This document shows positions 32,259 to 35,158 of a stretch of DNA of 35,158 bases, piece by piece; within the stretch, counting starts at the first letter, position 1; every line of letters starts with the position of its first letter. The DNA comes from Gemmatimonadota bacterium (GTDB lineage: Bacteria; Gemmatimonadota; Gemmatimonadetes; Gemmatimonadales; GWC2-71-9), in contig QHUD01000204.1 in assembly GCA_003221085.1 (NCBI GenBank), positions 768 through 35,925 of the forward strand, given 5' to 3'. The notes beneath the pieces were generated by a model. It was given only the letters and a program-made list of their open reading frames with translations, made no database searches and was not told the DNA's origin. Both the position numbers and the translations under genes were made by a program.

Positions 32259-32705
32259 ATGCGGCGTTCAGGGTTCACGACCATCGAAATGGTCATCGTG
32301 GTAGTCCTCATCGGCATCATCGCGATGATCGGCTTTCCGAAGATCTCGAAAACGCTCGACAAGACCAACGTGCGCTCGGCGCGGGACGCGGTGGGCACGC
32401 TAGCGGGCACGGCGCGGGCGGCGGCGATCCAGCGGGGCTGCCGCAGCGTGCTGCACTTCACGACGAACACGGTGTGGGTGACCACGGCGTGCCCGACAAA
32501 AGTGGATACGGTCTCGGGAGTCCAGGACCTGTACGCGCGGTTCAAGGTGACGATGAGCGCGTCGCGGGACTCGGTGCAATACGATCCGCGTGGGCTGAGC
32601 ATGGACGGCTTTCCGTCGAACACGGTGGCGCGGCTCACGGGCAGGGTCACGACGAACCAGGACTCGGTAATGATCAACCCGATCGGTAAGGTGGTGCGGC
32701 AATGA
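32259..32705 (+). CDS. fimT: GspH/FimT-family minor (pseudo)pilin
   Basis: 148 aa. The prepilin signal is MRRSG/FTTIEMVIVVVLIGIIAMIGFPK, followed by SARDAVGTLAGTARAAAIQRG, as in FimT/FimU/GspH. A GGAG lies 8 nt upstream. Confidence 0.6.
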   Translation: MRRSGFTTIEMVIVVVLIGIIAMIGFPKISKTLDKTNVRSARDAVGTLAGTARAAAIQRGCRSVLHFTTNTVWVTTACPTKVDTVSGVQDLYARFKVTMSASRDSVQYDPRGLSMDGFPSNTVARLTGRVTTNQDSVMINPIGKVVRQ

Positions 32706-33070
32706 AACGCGAACAGGGCTTCACGATCGTCGAAGTCATCGTCGCGATTCTGGTGCTCACCATTGGCTTGCTGGCGCTCGTGACGTCGGCGGCGCTGGTG
32801 ACGCGGATGATCGGCCGCGGCCAGCGCTCGGCGGTGGCGGCGCAATACGCCCAGCGGCGGCTCGAGATCCTCCGTGCGTCCGGCTGCAAGTCGCAGGCCG
32901 GGGGCAGCGAGGTGATGATGCGCGGATCCGTTCCCGTGGACTCGATCACGTGGCGGTTCGCGAACACGGGGCCAAACCATTGGCAGATCGTGGTGCGCAG
33001 CACGTACCCGACCGCACTCGGCAAGTGGCGGACCGACAGCACGGAGAGTCAGATCTCATGCCTGTTCTAG
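32702..33070 (+). CDS. pilV: Type IV minor pilin PilV-like
   Basis: 122 aa: MKREQG/FTIVEVIVAILVLTIGLLALV... The ATG overlaps the upstream stop (ATGA). Confidence 0.65.
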   Translation: MKREQGFTIVEVIVAILVLTIGLLALVTSAALVTRMIGRGQRSAVAAQYAQRRLEILRASGCKSQAGGSEVMMRGSVPVDSITWRFANTGPNHWQIVVRSTYPTALGKWRTDSTESQISCLF

Positions 33071-33984
33071 CCCGTCGAGGGTTTTCCCTCATCGAACTGA
33101 TGATCGCCCTGGTGCTCCTGGGCCTGGTCTCGGCCGCCGTGTACAAGGTGCTGGTCAACAACCAGCGGGTGTACCTGGCGCAGACGCAGACGATCGACCT
33201 GCAGCAGAACATCCGGGCCGCGGCCGCCATCCTGCCGGCCGAGTTCCGCGAGCTGGACGCGGCCGAGGGCGACATCGCCGCCATGGGCCCAGACTCGATT
33301 CAGATGCGCGCGATGCGGCAGCTCGCGTTCGTGTGCTTGCCGAACCCCCCGCTGGGCGGCGGGATCGGTCAGCTGACCCTCACCGTCCGGCAGACGCCGA
33401 TGTACGGCAACCGCCAGACGTTCTCCCAGAACGACTCGCTCCTGATCTACTGGGAGGGCGACCCGAGCACTCGTAACGACGACAAATGGCTCCCCGCCCA
33501 GGTCAAGACGGTCGCGGCCGGCCCGGTGTGCACCGACAGCGGCGCCAACCACGCGGGCTTCACGTTGACATTCCAGCCGCAGTGGATCAACAACCCCGCG
33601 CTGAACGTCGCCAACGCGATTACGCGCGGCGCTCCCCTGCGTGGCTACGACGCGGTCCTCTATCGGGTCTACCAGGGCGCAGACGGCAACTGGTACCTGG
33701 GTCAGAAGAACCTGTCCCAGGGCGGCACCATCCAGCCGGTGGTGGGACCGCTGACGGACGCCAACGGCGTGACCTTCACCTATTACGACAGTGTCGGGGT
33801 GGTGACCGCCGTTCCGGCGCAAGTCGCGCAGATCCAGATCGTGCTGCGCGCCCGGACCAATTCGCCGATTCGCGGCGCGGACGGGGTGCAGGCATACAAG
33901 GTGGACAGCGTCGTGACTCGTGTCGCGCTGCGGAACAACCCGCGGTGCGGCCCTGGCGCGGCGCCTCCCCGCCAATGCGGTTGA
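33058..33984 (+). CDS. pilW: Type IV minor pilin PilW-like
   Basis: 308 aa from ATG 33058: MPVLARRG/FSLIELMIALVLLGLVSAAVYKVLVNNQRVY...LQQNIRAAAAIL. It overlaps pilV by 13 nt. The track ORF starts further upstream, at 32950. Confidence 0.65.
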   Translation: MPVLARRGFSLIELMIALVLLGLVSAAVYKVLVNNQRVYLAQTQTIDLQQNIRAAAAILPAEFRELDAAEGDIAAMGPDSIQMRAMRQLAFVCLPNPPLGGGIGQLTLTVRQTPMYGNRQTFSQNDSLLIYWEGDPSTRNDDKWLPAQVKTVAAGPVCTDSGANHAGFTLTFQPQWINNPALNVANAITRGAPLRGYDAVLYRVYQGADGNWYLGQKNLSQGGTIQPVVGPLTDANGVTFTYYDSVGVVTAVPAQVAQIQIVLRARTNSPIRGADGVQAYKVDSVVTRVALRNNPRCGPGAAPPRQCG

Positions 33985-34018
33985 GGGCGGGTCACACGTG
34001 AACCTCAAGGAGTCGTCT

Positions 34019-35158
34019 ATGAAGCACGTCGTGCAAAACGAGCGCGGTATGGCGCTCGCCATCGCGATCGTCGCCCTCGTCGTCGTGGGCGCGCTCATCG
34101 CCGGCGCGTTCTTCTCGGGCACCCAGGAGCAGCGGGTGGCCGAGAACGTGCGCCGCGTCCAGGCGTCGTTCGGCGTGGCGGAGGAGGGCGTGTACGACAT
34201 CATCCGCACGTGGGACAGCACCGTCGCCGGCGTCCAGAACAAGCAGAAGTACGCCGCGCTGTATCCGTACCCGGCGTTTGGAACCAAGGACACGGTGCGG
34301 TACGGCTGGGAGACGGCCAAGAGCAAGACGGGGAGCTACAGCGGCACGATGTACAAGCTCAACGACGAGCTCTATCTGATCGACATGTCCGCCCAGGACA
34401 CGATGAGCCTCGCGGGGCGCATCCGGGGCGGCGGCGCGAGCCAGCGCCTCGGGCTCCTGGCCCGGATCCGACCCCTGAGCCTTAACACGCAGGCGGCGGT
34501 CACCTCGGGGGGCGACAACGTGGTGGTCGGGAGTGCCAGTATCGACGGCAATGACCATGCACCGGGCGGGTGGGCAGGCTGCCCTCCGCTCGATTCTGCT
34601 AAGGCCGGGATCCGGACGCAGTCGAGCGGAACGGTATCGACCAGCGGGCACCCCACCATTCTCGGGAACCCGCCGGTGCTCAAGGACCCGACGCTCGCCG
34701 ACAGCTCGTTTACCCACTACGGCGACGTGACGTATGCGACGCTGACCCAAAGCGCCAACATCACCGTGCCGGCGCAGAACTTCTCGAGCTCGATCGCCCC
34801 GGCGACCGTGGGCGCGGCCTGCGACTACAGCGTACTGACCAACTGGGGGAGCCCCACGACCCCGACCGGCCCATGCGGCAACTATTTCCCCGTCATCCAC
34901 ATCACGGGGGACGGTGCTGTCATCAACGGGCAGGAAGGCCAGGGCGTGCTGCTCGTCGACGGCAGCCTCAGCGTCCAGGGGGGGTTCCAGTTTTTCGGCG
35001 TCGTGATCGTCAAGGGCTCCCTCAAGACCTCCGGTGGTGGCGGCACTCCGGCCCACTTCTGGGGCACCGTCATGGTGCAGGACACCGCGGCGTTCACCGA
35101 CACCACGAACAACCTGTCCGGCTCTGCCAACCTCCTGTACTCTAAGTGCGCTATTATC
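34019..35158 (+). CDS. pilX: PilX-N-domain pilus assembly protein (5' partial; runs off window end)
   Basis: The ORF is open at the window edge and is not in the track. Hand translation gives MKHVVQNERGMALAIAIVALVVVGALIAGAFFSGTQEQRVAEN..., which is the ERG-x-AL hydrophobic N-terminus typical of PilX_N. An AAGGAG RBS lies at 34007-34012. The frame stays open for 380 codons to the window end. Confidence 0.6.
   Translation, partial: MKHVVQNERGMALAIAIVALVVVGALIAGAFFSGTQEQRVAENVRRVQASFGVAEEGVYDIIRTWDSTVAGVQNKQKYAALYPYPAFGTKDTVRYGWETAKSKTGSYSGTMYKLNDELYLIDMSAQDTMSLAGRIRGGGASQRLGLLARIRPLSLNTQAAVTSGGDNVVVGSASIDGNDHAPGGWAGCPPLDSAKAGIRTQSSGTVSTSGHPTILGNPPVLKDPTLADSSFTHYGDVTYATLTQSANITVPAQNFSSSIAPATVGAACDYSVLTNWGSPTTPTGPCGNYFPVIHITGDGAVINGQEGQGVLLVDGSLSVQGGFQFFGVVIVKGSLKTSGGGGTPAHFWGTVMVQDTAAFTDTTNNLSGSANLLYSKCAII

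Overview
Very GC-rich, densely coding bacterial chromosomal segment; many neighbouring genes share 4-nt start/stop overlaps. I found no rRNA, tRNA, CRISPR array, transposase, integrase or phage genes.

Layout, 1-13.5 kb (housekeeping and envelope genes):
- A minus-strand operon: ECF sigma, ZAS anti-sigma, DUF92 membrane protein, FAD oxidoreductase.
- A V4R-like protein, an M24 peptidase and heme A synthase.
- A sigma-region-2-only ORF, an APC permease and a large TonB-dependent receptor.
- lptF/lptG-like permeases and an M28 peptidase.

Layout, 13.7-35.2 kb (one large type IV pilus supercluster), in order:
- comEA, pilB, pilT, pilC.
- An R2-like diiron oxidase and a secreted JAB-like protein.
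- A pilS/pilR-like histidine kinase and sigma-54 activator.
- A methyltransferase, a GT2 and two TMTC/DUF1736-like GT-C membrane proteins.
- Three tandem pilA cassettes, each with its own -24/-12 promoter and hairpin terminator.
- A second kinase/NtrC-type pair.
- A minor-pilin operon (fimT-like, pilV, pilW, pilX-like), which runs off the window end.

The order pilB-pilT-pilC-pilS-pilR-pilA resembles the Myxococcus pil locus. The lineage cannot be assigned from sequence alone; the gene content would fit Gemmatimonadota, Acidobacteriota or Myxococcota.

Main observations:
1. The pilin triplication has identical 5' and 3' modules around a 26-35 nt hypervariable patch, and only one copy is in frame.
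2. A candidate polyprenol-phosphate-sugar/GT-C pilin glycosylation module sits directly upstream of the pilins.
3. pilT carries an about 65-nt internal deletion with a frameshift that removes the Asp-box region.
4. A 24-nt GC-rich hairpin unit occurs as inverted pairs, translated in frame, inside two unrelated genes (ctaA and the second NtrC-type regulator).
5. CATTCCG heptamer arrays occur at two loci.
6. Several phased short repeats lie next to pil promoters.

All family assignments come from motifs I read by eye. They need HMM/BLAST confirmation.
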